UHGV virus genome: UHGV-0121369
Source of the DNA: a virus
Strand: one strand, 5' to 3'
DNA: 25,410 nt
The translations under genes and the position numbers were made by a program. The notes below the pieces were generated by a model. It was not told the origin of the DNA. It did no database searches and worked only from the letters and a program-made list of their open reading frames with translations. Below, piece by piece: positions 16,715 through 25,410 of the stretch. Position 1 is the first letter of the stretch. Every line of letters begins with the position of its first letter.

Positions 16715-17523
16715 TGAACCTCGAATCAATCGCTAAATACTTTGCGCCTAAATCACCGATGTTCAGTGACTCTCCTCGCGCAACCGCATCAGACAGTCTC
16801 ACCGGCACTGACGTTATGGCGGCGCTTGGCCTTGCTGGCCACAAGTGCGGGTTTGGTTTCGATCTTTACCTCTCGAAAATCGGCATTAGCAGCCCAGATA
16901 TAGCACTGGAGAGACTCTATGAGCAGGCACGTAAGTTATCAGGTAAATTCAGAGCACTGTCTGAACTCGATGAATCAGCTCGGTCAGGCGTGCTTAAGGT
17001 TCTCTGCGCTTTTGCATACCAGGATTATTCAAGAAGTGCTGCCAGCACTCGAAAATGTGATTGCTGTGATGGTGGCGGATTTACAGAGGCGCAAGTGTTT
17101 ACCAACAAGGTCTCATACCCATGGGGGAAACCGCCTTACTGGTCGAAAATGTCGCGTGCCGTTCGCCCAAGCGACTGGGAGAGCTGGACACAGGCGCGTG
17201 AGGTGGTGCGAGTTAAGTGCAAGCCGTGTAACGGAAAAGGCGTTATCAGCAATTCGTGTCGCTGCCATGGCAAAGGTAAGGTGCTGGACAAGGCAGAAAG
17301 CGATCGCCAGGGCGTTCCAGTAATGAAAGCCTGCGACCGCTGCGGTGGTAGAGGTTACGCCAGGCTTAAGTTCTCAACGGTAATTGAGGGCGTTAATACT
17401 GTTGCGGAGATAAAGAAAACGGCGGCATATGAGCAACTTCAGCCGCTATTTGAGGAGTTGGTCGCCGAATGCCATAAACAGGAGTCTATGGCTGATTCCA
17501 TTCTCTCAAAAGTAACGAGATGA
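16714..17523 (+). CDS. Q: Late-gene antiterminator Q-like protein
   Basis: 269 aa immediately upstream of the late promoter/terminator region and lysis cassette; multiple Cys clusters (CDCCDGGG, CKPCNGKG, CRCHGKGK, CDRCGGRG) consistent with a zinc-binding Q-type regulator; SD GAAGGAAG. Confidence 0.65.
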   Translation: MNLESIAKYFAPKSPMFSDSPRATASDSLTGTDVMAALGLAGHKCGFGFDLYLSKIGISSPDIALERLYEQARKLSGKFRALSELDESARSGVLKVLCAFAYQDYSRSAASTRKCDCCDGGGFTEAQVFTNKVSYPWGKPPYWSKMSRAVRPSDWESWTQAREVVRVKCKPCNGKGVISNSCRCHGKGKVLDKAESDRQGVPVMKACDRCGGRGYARLKFSTVIEGVNTVAEIKKTAAYEQLQPLFEELVAECHKQESMADSILSKVTR

Positions 17524-17565
17524 AAATAATTTTCCCTAATGTTGAAAATATATAGGAAATATGTA

Positions 17566-17602
17566 TTGCATTTCGCGGAAAAACTGGATAGATTCATCTC
17601 TA
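17566..17602 (+). promoter_or_regulatory. Candidate late promoter PR'
   Basis: TTGCAT - 17 nt - TAGATT downstream of the Q gene and upstream of two terminators. Confidence 0.4.
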
Positions 17603-17644
17603 ACGCTGGGAATCCGTTCAGTCGTTCCGAAGCCAAAAAAATTC

Positions 17645-17680
17645 AAGCCCGAGGTTAACGCCTTGGGCTTTTTTATTTGC
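17645..17680 (+). terminator. Intrinsic terminator (tR'-like, first)
   Basis: AAGCCCGAGG-ttaacg-CCTTGGGCTT followed by TTTTTATTT. Confidence 0.7.
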
Positions 17681-17753
17681 GGTACGCCGCACACCGAACC
17701 CACTACCTGGGACCCTTCGGCCAGAGAGCCGACATTGCCTTACCCTCACATTG

Positions 17754-17780
17754 CCAGCCTGTCGCTGGCTTTTTTATTTG
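17754..17780 (+). terminator. Intrinsic terminator (second, tandem)
   Basis: GCCAGC-ctgtc-GCTGGC followed by TTTTTTATTT; shares the tail GCTTTTTTATTTGCG with the first terminator. Confidence 0.7.
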
Positions 17781-17851
17781 CGATGTCCGGTCGTTGTTTC
17801 CTGGCATCCTTCCACTCTACACAAACAGCACCCCGTTCCTTCGGAGGTGAT

Positions 17852-18169
17852 ATGGCAAAGCGTATGAATGACGACCACAAAATTGTAGGCCTGTCCTGGT
17901 TAGTCCTGCTCGGCATTGCATGCTGGGGCGGCCTGGTCCGATACCTTATTGACGTTAAGCAGAACAAAGCCGCCTGGAGCTGGGTCAATGCGCTGGCGCA
18001 AATTGCAGTGTCCGGCTTTACCGGTCTTATTGGTGGCCTAATCAGCGTTGAAAGCGGGCTTAGCCTTTACATGATCCTGGTTACTTCTGGTATCAGCGGG
18101 GCGATGGGGTCCGTGGCACTGACGTACTTCTGGGAACGACTGACGGGGATGAAGAATGCAAACCAGTGA
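17852..18169 (+). CDS. Putative holin
   Basis: ATG at 17852 preceded by GGAGGTGA; 105 aa with three hydrophobic segments (IVGLSWLVLLGIACWGGLV, ALAQIAVSGFTGLIGGLISV, LYMILVTSGISGAMGSVALTYFW); directly upstream of and overlapping the endolysin gene. Confidence 0.65.
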   Translation: MAKRMNDDHKIVGLSWLVLLGIACWGGLVRYLIDVKQNKAAWSWVNALAQIAVSGFTGLIGGLISVESGLSLYMILVTSGISGAMGSVALTYFWERLTGMKNANQ

Positions 18170-18596
18170 TAAAGGCATTGCCCTGATCAAGCAGTTCGAA
18201 GGCTGCAAACTCACCGCCTACCAGGACAGCGTCGGTGTATGGACGATCGGCTATGGCTGGACTCATCCTGTAGACGGGAAACCAATCCGCGCAGGTATGA
18301 CGATTAAGCAGGAGACTGCTGAGCGCCTGCTGAAGACCGGACTGGTCAGCTACGAAAGCGATGTGTCACGACTGGTTAAAGTTGGCCTGACTCAGGGGCA
18401 ATTCGATGCCCTGGTGTCGTTCACGTATAACCTCGGTGCGCGGTCATTGTCGACATCGACTCTCCTGCGAAAACTCAACGCCGGAGATTACGCTGGTGCA
18501 GCCGATGAGTTCCTGCGCTGGAATAAAGCTGGTGGGAAGGTGCTGAATGGGCTGACACGTCGGCGGGAGGCAGAGCGAGCTCTGTTCCTGTCATGA
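18156..18596 (+). CDS. Endolysin, GH24 lysozyme family
   Basis: 146 aa; N-terminal catalytic region typical of T4/P22-type lysozymes ([25 protein letters not shown]). Confidence 0.9.
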   Translation: MQTSDKGIALIKQFEGCKLTAYQDSVGVWTIGYGWTHPVDGKPIRAGMTIKQETAERLLKTGLVSYESDVSRLVKVGLTQGQFDALVSFTYNLGARSLSTSTLLRKLNAGDYAGAADEFLRWNKAGGKVLNGLTRRREAERALFLS

Positions 18597-19060
18597 TTAG
18601 CGCACTGGTTAAGCGTTACTGGCTGCAGTTGCTGGTGCTGGCGTTAATCGGCGCACTGGCTTTCTTCGTGAACCACTACCGCGACAACGCCATCACTTAC
18701 AGAGACCAGCGCGATAAGGCCACTGAGAAACTCCTCCTGGCGACCGCCACCATTAAAGACATGCAGACCCGCCAGCGTGATGTCGCTGCACTGGATGCCA
18801 AATACATAAAGGAGCTTGCTGATGCTAACGCGACTATCGAAAGTCTCCGTGCTGATGTTTCTGCTGGGCGTAAGCGCCTGCAAGTCGCCGCCACCTGTGC
18901 AAAGTCAACGACCGGAGCCAGCGGCATGGGCGATGGAGAAAGCCCAAGACTTACAGCAGATGCTGAACTCAATTATTACCGTCTCAGAAGTGGAATCGAC
19001 AAGATAACCGCGCAGGTTAACTACCTGCAGGAATACATCAGGACGCAATGCCTGAAATAA
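18593..19060 (+). CDS. Rz-like i-spanin
   Basis: 155 aa; N-terminal TM segment ([16 protein letters not shown]) then coiled-coil periplasmic domain; overlaps the endolysin stop; contains an embedded +1-frame lipoprotein ORF. Confidence 0.8.
   Translation: MISALVKRYWLQLLVLALIGALAFFVNHYRDNAITYRDQRDKATEKLLLATATIKDMQTRQRDVAALDAKYIKELADANATIESLRADVSAGRKRLQVAATCAKSTTGASGMGDGESPRLTADAELNYYRLRSGIDKITAQVNYLQEYIRTQCLK
18822..19007 (+). CDS. Rz1-like o-spanin (outer-membrane lipoprotein) embedded in the Rz gene
   Basis: ATG at 18822 with GGAG upstream; signal peptide with lipobox ([10 protein letters not shown]), then Pro-rich segment ([13 protein letters not shown]). Confidence 0.7.
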   Translation: MLTRLSKVSVLMFLLGVSACKSPPPVQSQRPEPAAWAMEKAQDLQQMLNSIITVSEVESTR

Positions 19061-19138
19061 TTCTTTTGCAAATCACAAAGTCCATTTAATGAGCCTCGCG
19101 ATGCTGGGCTTTTTATTCCCAACTCTATAGGTAATTTT

Positions 19139-19609
19139 ATGACCCAGCATATTGGCGTAAAACTGATTAACGCCTTTCTGATGACGAGACAGGCATATAA
19201 CGATTTTCGTGGCTGGCAGCTTCCTGCCGGAGAAAACGGCGAGGATGAAGGCTATCTGGTTGAATATCTTGATGGCGGAAAACCTAACACCGATCGCTTT
19301 GATGGCTACGTTAGCTGGAGTCCAAAAGAAGTATTCGAAAAGGCTTATCGTCCGGTATCAGGGCTAAGTTTCGGCCTTGCCATTGAAGCGCTCAAGTTGG
19401 GGAATAAAGTTGCCCGTGCTGGCTGGAATGGTAAGGGGATGTATCTGTTCATTATCCAGCAGAATGCTTGGGGGTTTGAGTGTGACCTGGACGGAGTTAA
19501 TGGCCTTGTGACGCTGCCATGCATTTGCATGAAGACAGCGGACGATAAATTAGTACCGTGGCTGGCTAGTCAGACTGATGTTCTGTCCGAAGACTGGCAA
19601 ATCATTTAA
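19139..19609 (+). CDS. DUF2829-like protein (Tad2-like fold candidate) with an N-terminal extension
   Basis: 156 aa; C-terminal half LSFGLAIEALKLGNKVARAGWNGKGMYLFIIQQ fits the F..AL.ALK.G.KV.R..W..K signature I associate with DUF2829; located after the lysis cassette. Confidence 0.55.
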   Translation: MTQHIGVKLINAFLMTRQAYNDFRGWQLPAGENGEDEGYLVEYLDGGKPNTDRFDGYVSWSPKEVFEKAYRPVSGLSFGLAIEALKLGNKVARAGWNGKGMYLFIIQQNAWGFECDLDGVNGLVTLPCICMKTADDKLVPWLASQTDVLSEDWQII

Positions 19610-19757
19610 CCATGTAGGCATTACAAAGCCCATCTACGGGTGGGCTTGATAATGGATATCCCCGCAAGCGGATAATATGGTTTTTATCCCCTGCGGGGTA
19701 TAAATAGGACTTGCAAATGCGGGGTTTATCATTTTGAAGCCAATGACAGGAGTGGGT

Positions 19758-19916
19758 ATGACACTTGAAGAACGAATTACAGCTTTAGAAAAGGCAGTCA
19801 CATGCATTGTGAATGAAAAGCAAGAGGACACAACTGCCTTTGTTGATAAAATTATTCAGGAGATGCGTCAGTCCTCAGTATTTTCGCAGCTTCTAGAAAG
19901 GCCTCGTGAAGATTAG
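19758..19916 (+). CDS. Possible small protein (52 aa)
   Basis: ATG at 19758 preceded by AGGAGTGGGT; 3' end overlaps the convergent minus-strand ORF; uncertain whether both are real. Confidence 0.3.
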   Translation: MTLEERITALEKAVTCIVNEKQEDTTAFVDKIIQEMRQSSVFSQLLERPRED

Positions 19917-20112
19917 GGATGTTTTTAACACGTTCAGGATCAAGTTTTTCCTGGACAAATTTTGTCAACCCATCATATAAATCTTTGTTCGGGTACAGCT
20001 CATTAACTGCTTTAATTAGTGCTCCAAAAGCAAGCTGATTTGCTATTTTTTGTACGGCTAATTCTTTTTCTAACTGCTCAACCTTTTCTTTTAAACCAAA
20101 ACCTTCTGACAT
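19852..20112 (-). CDS. Hypothetical accessory protein (86 aa), reverse-oriented in the late region
   Basis: Good SD (AAGGAA) before ATG; AT-rich; predicted helical; not Bor-like (no lipobox). Confidence 0.45.
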   Translation of the reverse strand: MSEGFGLKEKVEQLEKELAVQKIANQLAFGALIKAVNELYPNKDLYDGLTKFVQEKLDPERVKNIPNLHEAFLEAAKILRTDASPE

Positions 20113-20241
20113 TTTTGATTCCTTATTCTGAGGTAATCAGCCATTACTCTTTATTAAGTGCGCCAGTGTCCCACCACCGACGGGCTGAATGCCTACATTA
20201 ACCAGGGTTAAGACGAAACAACACCCTGATATTCAAACAGT

Positions 20242-20266
20242 AGCCGCCATCACGCGGCTTTTTTAT
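20242..20266 (+). terminator. Intrinsic terminator
   Basis: AGCCGC-catcac-GCGGCT followed by TTTTTTAT. Confidence 0.7.
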
Positions 20267-20304
20267 GCGCATCGCACGCGCACATCGTAGAAAGTCTTTC
20301 AGCT

Positions 20305-20358
20305 GTGAGCCTGGGCAAACCGTTAACTTTCGGCGGCTTTGCCGTGCGACAGGCTCAC
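20305..20358 (+). promoter_or_regulatory. Nested stem-loop in the 5' leader of the 20378 gene
   Basis: Outer 9-bp inverted repeat GTGAGCCTG ... CAGGCTCAC enclosing inner GGCAAA ... TTTGCC; ends about 8 nt before the SD (AAAAGGAA) of the downstream gene. Confidence 0.4.
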
Positions 20359-20377
20359 GCCTAAAAGGAAATAAATC

Positions 20378-20845
20378 ATGGGTCATAAAATTATCACGTT
20401 GTCCGGCGCGGCGACGGATGTTCTGTATGCGCTGTTTTTCCGTGGCGCGCTTCAGTCTGGTGATCTGCCAGCCAAATCTGGTGCTGCTGAGCTTCTAGAG
20501 CTGGGATTCGCTGAAACACGCCATACCGCGACGGAGTATCAAAAGGAAAATTATTACACCTTCCTGACCGCTGAAGGGCAGGAGTTCGCCATTAAGCACC
20601 TGGTGAATACGCGCTTTGGTGTTCCTGCTGGTGGTTATATTGGTGGCTCTGTAAATATTCAGTTTGGCCGGATAGAGAACGACCCACGAAAAGGCTATGC
20701 CATCAATGTTGGCATCTGTCCCGAAATTAAGACCGGCGTGAAGCTATCCCCTGAAATGGTAAAAGCGATCTCAGATGTTGTGTCCGAGGAACTGAAGAAG
20801 AGTCTTCGGCCAGGTGGCACGATATGGTCAGCGCTGTCGCGATGA
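20378..20845 (+). CDS. Hypothetical accessory protein (155 aa)
   Basis: SD AAGGAA; Gly-rich middle (FGVPAGGYIGGSVNIQFG); sits between an intrinsic terminator and cos; no family recognised. Confidence 0.55.
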   Translation: MGHKIITLSGAATDVLYALFFRGALQSGDLPAKSGAAELLELGFAETRHTATEYQKENYYTFLTAEGQEFAIKHLVNTRFGVPAGGYIGGSVNIQFGRIENDPRKGYAINVGICPEIKTGVKLSPEMVKAISDVVSEELKKSLRPGGTIWSALSR

Positions 20846-20879
20846 ATGGACGTTTAGACGTCCAAATGGGTTGGTTTTC

Positions 20880-21130
20880 GTGTGTCGATGTGTAAGTGAT
20901 AATTATTATCGTTTGCGGGTCCTTTCCGGCGATCCGACAGGTTACGGGGCGGCGTCCGCGCAGATTCTCGCTATTTATGAAAATTTTCAGGCATTTGCCG
21001 TTTCCGTTCTTCTTCTCGCTAATTCATTGTTTTAACTGTAAACACCCCCTGAAAAGAAAGGAAATGATAAGCCTTAAAAACGGCTAAATAGCCAGAGGGC
21101 GTTTCCTTTCTCTGTTTTTGTGTATGGAGT
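20880..21130. other. cos: cos site (cosQ-cosN-cosB) of lambda type; predicted cohesive-end site about 20947-20958
   Basis: Aligns by eye with the lambda genome ends as recalled: here ...CGATCCGACAGGTTACGGGGCGGCGTCCGCGCAGATTCTCGCTATTTATGAAAATTTTC..., then R3-like CGTTTCCGTTCTTCTTC, CCCTGAAAAGAAAGGAAA, and CGTTTCCTTTCTCTGTTTTTGT before the Nu1 ATG. Confidence 0.85.
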
Positions 21131-21135
21131 GAGCT

Positions 21136-21681
21136 ATGGAGGTCAACAAAAAGCGTCTTTCTGAAATATTTGGGGTCAGCGTGCGAACCATTCAGAACTG
21201 GCAGGATCAGGGAATGCCTGTAGCACGTGGCGGTGGAAAAGGTAATGAGGTCCTCTATGAATCTTCCGCGGCTATCGAATGGTATTCCGCACGCGACGCG
21301 GCGATTGAGAATGAGAAATTACGGAAGGAGGTGGAAGACCTTCGTCTTGCATCGGAATCCGACCTTCAGCCTGGTACGATTGACTATGAGCGTCACCGCC
21401 TCACCCGAGCGCAGGCAGATGCCCAGGAACTAAAAAATGCAAAAGATTCCGCTGAGGTGGTGGAAACCGCATTCTGCACGTTCGTGCTGTCGCGGATGGC
21501 CGGAGAAGTAGCCAGCATTCTTGATGGAGTTCCTCTGTCGGTTCAGCGGCGCTTCCCGGAGCTGGAAAACCGACATATTGATTTCCTCAAGAAGGACATC
21601 ATTAAAGCCATGAACAAAGCAGCTGCGCTGGATGAAATAATACCGGGGTTGCTGAGTGAATATATCGAACAGTCAGGTTAA
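21136..21681 (+). CDS. nu1: Terminase small subunit (lambda Nu1)
   Basis: 181 aa, near-identical to lambda Nu1 as recalled (MEVNKK..., [31 protein letters not shown]). Confidence 0.95.
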   Translation: MEVNKKRLSEIFGVSVRTIQNWQDQGMPVARGGGKGNEVLYESSAAIEWYSARDAAIENEKLRKEVEDLRLASESDLQPGTIDYERHRLTRAQADAQELKNAKDSAEVVETAFCTFVLSRMAGEVASILDGVPLSVQRRFPELENRHIDFLKKDIIKAMNKAAALDEIIPGLLSEYIEQSG

Positions 21682-23578
21682 GGGGCTGCAGCACTCTGCG
21701 CGCGCGGGTCTACTTTCGCTGTACCGACCTGAGCCGCAAACGGCGGTTGAATGGGCAGACGATAATTACTATCTCCCCAAAGAGTCGGCCTACCAGGAAG
21801 GGCGCTGGGAAACGTTGCCGTTTCAACGCGCGATCATGAATGCGATGGGTAACGATTACATACGTGAGGTCAACGTTGTTAAGTCTGCCCGTGTTGGCTA
21901 TTCAAAAATGTTGCTGGGTGTTTATGCGTATTTTATTCAGCACAAGCAGCGAAATTCCCTTATCTGGCTGCCTACTGATGGTGACGCCGAAAACTTTATG
22001 AAGTCGCATGTTGAGCCGACGATTCGCGATATTCCGTCACTTCTGGCGCTGGCCCCCTGGTATGGAAAAAAGCACCGGGACAATACGCTCAGTATGAAAC
22101 GCTTCTCCAACGGTCGCGGGTTCTGGTGTCTGGGTGGTAAAGCGGCGAAAAACTATCGTGAGAAATCGGTCGATGTCGCCGGTTACGATGAACTGGCGGC
22201 ATTCGATGAAGATATTGAGAAAGAGGGATCCCCGACGTTCCTGGGTGATAAACGTATTGAGGGGTCTGTCTGGCCCAAATCTATTCGCGGCTCAACGCCA
22301 AAAACAAAGGGGACCTGCCAGATTGAGCGTGCTGCCAGCGAGTCCGGGCATTTCATGCGTTTTCATGTTGCCTGTCCGCACTGTGGTGAAGAGCAGTACC
22401 TTAAATTCGGCGACAAAGAGACCCCGTTCGGGCTGAAATGGACACCGGGCGAACCCTCCAGCGTCTTTTACCTGTGTGAACATAATGCCTGCGTCATTAA
22501 GCAGCAGGAGCTGGATTTCACTGAAGCTCGTTACATCTGCGACACCACCGGGATCTGGACGCGCGACGGTTTATCCTGGTTTTCATCAACAGGCACCGAA
22601 ATCGACCCGCCAGACAGCGTGACGTTTCACATCTGGACGGCATACAGCCCGTTTACCACCTGGGTTCAGATCGTTAAAGACTGGCTAAAAACGAAAGGGG
22701 ATACAGGAAAGCGTAAAACCTTCGTGAACACCACTCTGGGCGAAACATGGGAGCCTAAAATTGGTGAACGGCCTGACGCGGAGCTCATGGCCGAACGCAA
22801 AGAGTTCTTCGGGGCATCCGTACCGGAGCGTGTTGCTTATCTGACAGCCGGGATCGACTCCCAACTGGATCGATATGAAATGCGCGTCTGGGGATGGGGG
22901 CCCGGTGAGGAAAGCTGGCTGATTGACCGGCAGATCATTATGGGCCGTCATGATGATGAAGCGACCCTCGTCAGGGTGGACGAGGCGATTAACAAAACCT
23001 ATCTCCGAAAGAATGGCGTGGAAATGTCGGTATCCCGTATCTGCTGGGATATCGGCGGTATTGACCCCACCATTGTCTACAATCGCTCAAAAAAGCATGG
23101 TTTGTTTCGCGTGATCCCGATTAAAGGGGCTTCCGTTTACGGTAAGCCTGTCGCGAATATGCCGCGTAAACGCAACAAGAACGGCGTTTATCTGACGGAA
23201 GTGGGGACTGATACCGCAAAGGAGCAGATTTATAACCGCTTCACACTTCAGCCGGAAGGGAGTGAACCTCTTGCCGGTGCCGTGCATTTTCCCAATAACC
23301 CCGAAATTTATGATCTGGCTGAGGCGCAGCAGCTTACTGCTGAGGAGCAGGTTGAAAAATGGGTGGACGGGCGTAAGAAAATCGTCTGGGACAGCAAAAA
23401 ACGACGAAATGAGGCGCTCGATTGCTTTGTTTATGCACTGGCGGCGCTGCGTATAAGCATATCCCGCTGGCAGCTAAATCTTGATTCACTTCTGGCCAGC
23501 CTGCTGGAGGAAGAAGGCAGCCGTAACAATAACAAGACCCTGGCGGATTACGCGCGGGCATTATCTGGAGATGAATAA
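21656..23578 (+). CDS. A: Terminase large subunit (lambda gpA)
   Basis: 640 aa, near-identical to lambda gpA as recalled (MNISNSQV..., [25 protein letters not shown], ...ADYARALSG); start overlaps the Nu1 end as in lambda. Confidence 0.95.
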   Translation: MNISNSQVKGLQHSARAGLLSLYRPEPQTAVEWADDNYYLPKESAYQEGRWETLPFQRAIMNAMGNDYIREVNVVKSARVGYSKMLLGVYAYFIQHKQRNSLIWLPTDGDAENFMKSHVEPTIRDIPSLLALAPWYGKKHRDNTLSMKRFSNGRGFWCLGGKAAKNYREKSVDVAGYDELAAFDEDIEKEGSPTFLGDKRIEGSVWPKSIRGSTPKTKGTCQIERAASESGHFMRFHVACPHCGEEQYLKFGDKETPFGLKWTPGEPSSVFYLCEHNACVIKQQELDFTEARYICDTTGIWTRDGLSWFSSTGTEIDPPDSVTFHIWTAYSPFTTWVQIVKDWLKTKGDTGKRKTFVNTTLGETWEPKIGERPDAELMAERKEFFGASVPERVAYLTAGIDSQLDRYEMRVWGWGPGEESWLIDRQIIMGRHDDEATLVRVDEAINKTYLRKNGVEMSVSRICWDIGGIDPTIVYNRSKKHGLFRVIPIKGASVYGKPVANMPRKRNKNGVYLTEVGTDTAKEQIYNRFTLQPEGSEPLAGAVHFPNNPEIYDLAEAQQLTAEEQVEKWVDGRKKIVWDSKKRRNEALDCFVYALAALRISISRWQLNLDSLLASLLEEEGSRNNNKTLADYARALSGDE

Positions 23579-23784
23579 TGGCAACACAGACTGAACTGGA
23601 TGCCGCGCGCGCTGCGTTACATGACCTGATGATGGGAAAGCGCGTGGCGACGGTACAGAAAGACGGTCGAAGAGTGGAATTTACAGCCACTTCAGTCAGC
23701 GATCTCAAAAAATATATTGCTGACCTTGAATCTCAGGTTGGCACCACATCACGACGCCGGGGGCCAGCAGGGTTTTACGTATGA
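23578..23784 (+). CDS. W: Head-tail joining protein (lambda gpW)
   Basis: 68 aa; [45 protein letters not shown]...[10 protein letters not shown] matches lambda W as recalled. Confidence 0.9.
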   Translation: MATQTELDAARAALHDLMMGKRVATVQKDGRRVEFTATSVSDLKKYIADLESQVGTTSRRRGPAGFYV

Positions 23785-25373
23785 AAATACCATCTTTGGT
23801 GGGACCTGACGGGAAAACATCCCTTCGGGAATACGCAGGATATCATGGCAGTGGAGGCGGGTTTGGTGGGCAGCTGCGAGGCTGGAATCCGCCGAGTGAA
23901 AGTGCAGATGCCGCACTCCTACCCAACTATTCTCGCGGAAATGCCCGCGCTGACGATCTGGTGCGAAATAATGGCTACGCGGCAAACGCCGTGCAGCTCC
24001 ACCAGGACCACATCGTCGGGTCATTTTTCAGACTCAGTTATCGACCAAGCTGGCGTTATCTGGGAATAAATGAGGAGGATTCACGGGCATTCTCGCGGGA
24101 TGTGGAAGCTGCATGGAATGAGTATGCCGAGGACGACTTTTGCGGGATTGATGCCGAGCGTAAGCGAACGTTTACGATGATGATCCGAGAAGGTGTGGCC
24201 ATGCACGCGTTTAACGGTGAATTATGCACGCAGGCGACCTGGGACAGCGATTCAACGCGTCTTTTCCGTACTCAGTTCAAAATGGTCAGTCCGAAGCGCG
24301 TCAGCAATCCGAATAATATCGGTGATACCCGGAACTGTCGCGCCGGTGTGAAAATAAATGATAGCGGTGCTGCGCTGGGATATTACGTCAGCGACGATGG
24401 TTATCCCGGCTGGATGGCGCAGAACTGGACCTACATTCCTCGCGAACTACCCGGCGGTCGACCTTCATTTATCCATGTATTCGAACCGATGGAGGATGGA
24501 CAGACCCGTGGGGCCAATGCGTTTTACAGCGTGATGGAGCAGATGAAAATGCTCGATACCCTGCAAAATACCCAGCTCCAGAGCGCGATAGTGAAGGCTA
24601 TGTATGCCGCTACCATCGAGAGTGAACTGGATACCCAATCGGCGATGGACTTTATTCTCGGCGCGGATAATAAAGAGCAGCAGAGCAAACTTACGGGCTG
24701 GCTCGGTGAAATGGCGTCCTATTACTCAGCTGCGCCTGTTCGCCTGGGTGGGGCAAGGGTTCCACACCTGTTGCCGGGTGATTCTCTCAACCTTCAGTCG
24801 GCGCAGGATACCGATAACGGCTACTCGACTTTTGAACAGTCCCTGCTGCGTTATATTGCCGCTGGGCTTGGTGTGTCGTATGAGCAGCTTTCGCGAAACT
24901 ATTCGCAGATGAGCTACTCGACCGCACGCGCAAGTGCTAACGAGTCCTGGGCGTACTTTATGGGGCGTCGCAAGTTTGTGGCATCCCGACAGGCCTGTCA
25001 GATGTTTCTTTGCTGGCTTGAAGAGGCGATTGTCCGCCGCGTGGTCACGCTTCCTTCGAAAGCCCGGTTCAGTTTCCAGGAGGCGAGAACAGCCTGGGGG
25101 AATGCCAACTGGATTGGCTCTGGTCGAATGGCAATTGACGGGCTGAAAGAGGTACAGGAGGCCGTCATGCTCATTGAGGCAGGTCTCAGCACGTATGAAA
25201 AAGAGTGCGCCAAACGCGGTGATGATTATCAGGAGATTTTTGCCCAGCAGGTCCGGGAAACCATGGAGCGTCGTGCTGCGGGTCTGAAACCACCGGCATG
25301 GGCCGCTGCAGCTTTTGAGGCCGGAGTGAAAAAATCAAACGAGGAGGAGCAAGATGGCGCACGAGCTGCGTAA
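23781..25373 (+). CDS. B: Portal protein (lambda gpB)
   Basis: 530 aa, near-identical to lambda gpB over its length as recalled ([10 protein letters not shown]..., [53 protein letters not shown]). Confidence 0.95.
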   Translation: MKIPSLVGPDGKTSLREYAGYHGSGGGFGGQLRGWNPPSESADAALLPNYSRGNARADDLVRNNGYAANAVQLHQDHIVGSFFRLSYRPSWRYLGINEEDSRAFSRDVEAAWNEYAEDDFCGIDAERKRTFTMMIREGVAMHAFNGELCTQATWDSDSTRLFRTQFKMVSPKRVSNPNNIGDTRNCRAGVKINDSGAALGYYVSDDGYPGWMAQNWTYIPRELPGGRPSFIHVFEPMEDGQTRGANAFYSVMEQMKMLDTLQNTQLQSAIVKAMYAATIESELDTQSAMDFILGADNKEQQSKLTGWLGEMASYYSAAPVRLGGARVPHLLPGDSLNLQSAQDTDNGYSTFEQSLLRYIAAGLGVSYEQLSRNYSQMSYSTARASANESWAYFMGRRKFVASRQACQMFLCWLEEAIVRRVVTLPSKARFSFQEARTAWGNANWIGSGRMAIDGLKEVQEAVMLIEAGLSTYEKECAKRGDDYQEIFAQQVRETMERRAAGLKPPAWAAAAFEAGVKKSNEEEQDGARAA

Positions 25374-25410
25374 TCTTCCGCATATTGCCAGCATGGCCTT
25401 TAATGAGCCG
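25354..25410 (+). CDS. C: Start of head protease/scaffold gene (lambda gpC-like), truncated by window end
   Basis: ATG at 25354 with GAGGAGGAG upstream; [19 protein letters not shown] parallels the lambda C N-terminus ([19 protein letters not shown]). Confidence 0.7.
   Translation, partial: MAHELRNLPHIASMAFNEP

Noticed and set aside
17561-17851. Long N-terminal extension of the holin ORF (track start 17561)
   Set aside because: The extension runs through the late promoter and both intrinsic terminators; a strong SD precedes the ATG at 17852, which gives a typical roughly 105-aa holin.
20814-21087. ORFs 20814..21035 and 20896..21087 (plus strand)
   Set aside because: They overlie the cos site (cosQ/cosN/cosB), which aligns with the lambda ends; no coding signal.
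21227-23708. Embedded or antisense ORFs within Nu1, terminase A and portal (e.g. 21227..21433, 22134..22436, 22292..22483, 22685..22951, 23334..23708, 23749..24024)
   Set aside because: Contained within genes near-identical to lambda packaging/head proteins; no independent coding support.
1-25410. tRNA, rRNA and CRISPR arrays
   Set aside because: No tRNA-like T-arm/acceptor structures, rRNA-like segments or regularly spaced direct repeats were found; the repeats present are operators, iterons, cos elements and terminators.

Overview
This 25.4-kb window is most of the left and central part of a lambda-like (lambdoid) prophage, in lambda prophage gene order: integrase/excisionase, early-left recombination module (Exo plus a RecT-type annealase), immunity region (cI, cro, cII with divergent promoters and repeated operators), replication (O-like initiator with internal iterons, DnaC-like loader), a nin-like region (NinB, NinE, Ser/Thr phosphatase, NinG, Lar-like), Q, a late promoter/terminator region, a lysis cassette (holin, endolysin, Rz/Rz1), accessory genes, cos, and the first head genes (Nu1, A, W, portal B, start of C). 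As far as I can recall lambda sequence, Exo, the phosphatase, cos, Nu1, A, W and B are near-identical to lambda at protein level; the integrase type, annealase core, immunity region, lysis genes and accessory genes differ, so the element is a mosaic. I found no rRNA, tRNA or CRISPR array. Best candidates for something undescribed: (1) an AT-rich 289-aa gene directly downstream of cI in the rexAB-equivalent slot, with a convergent 72-aa gene; (2) a roughly 700-bp ORF-free, GC-rich leader between the predicted pL and the first early-left gene, where N and nutL would sit; (3) accessory genes between the lysis cassette and cos, including a DUF2829-like (Tad2-like) protein; (4) a RecT-core annealase carrying a lambda-Bet-like C-terminal tail next to a lambda-type Exo. 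All homology statements are from reading the translations and from memory of lambda sequences; no searches were run. Coordinates of short motifs may be off by a base or two.
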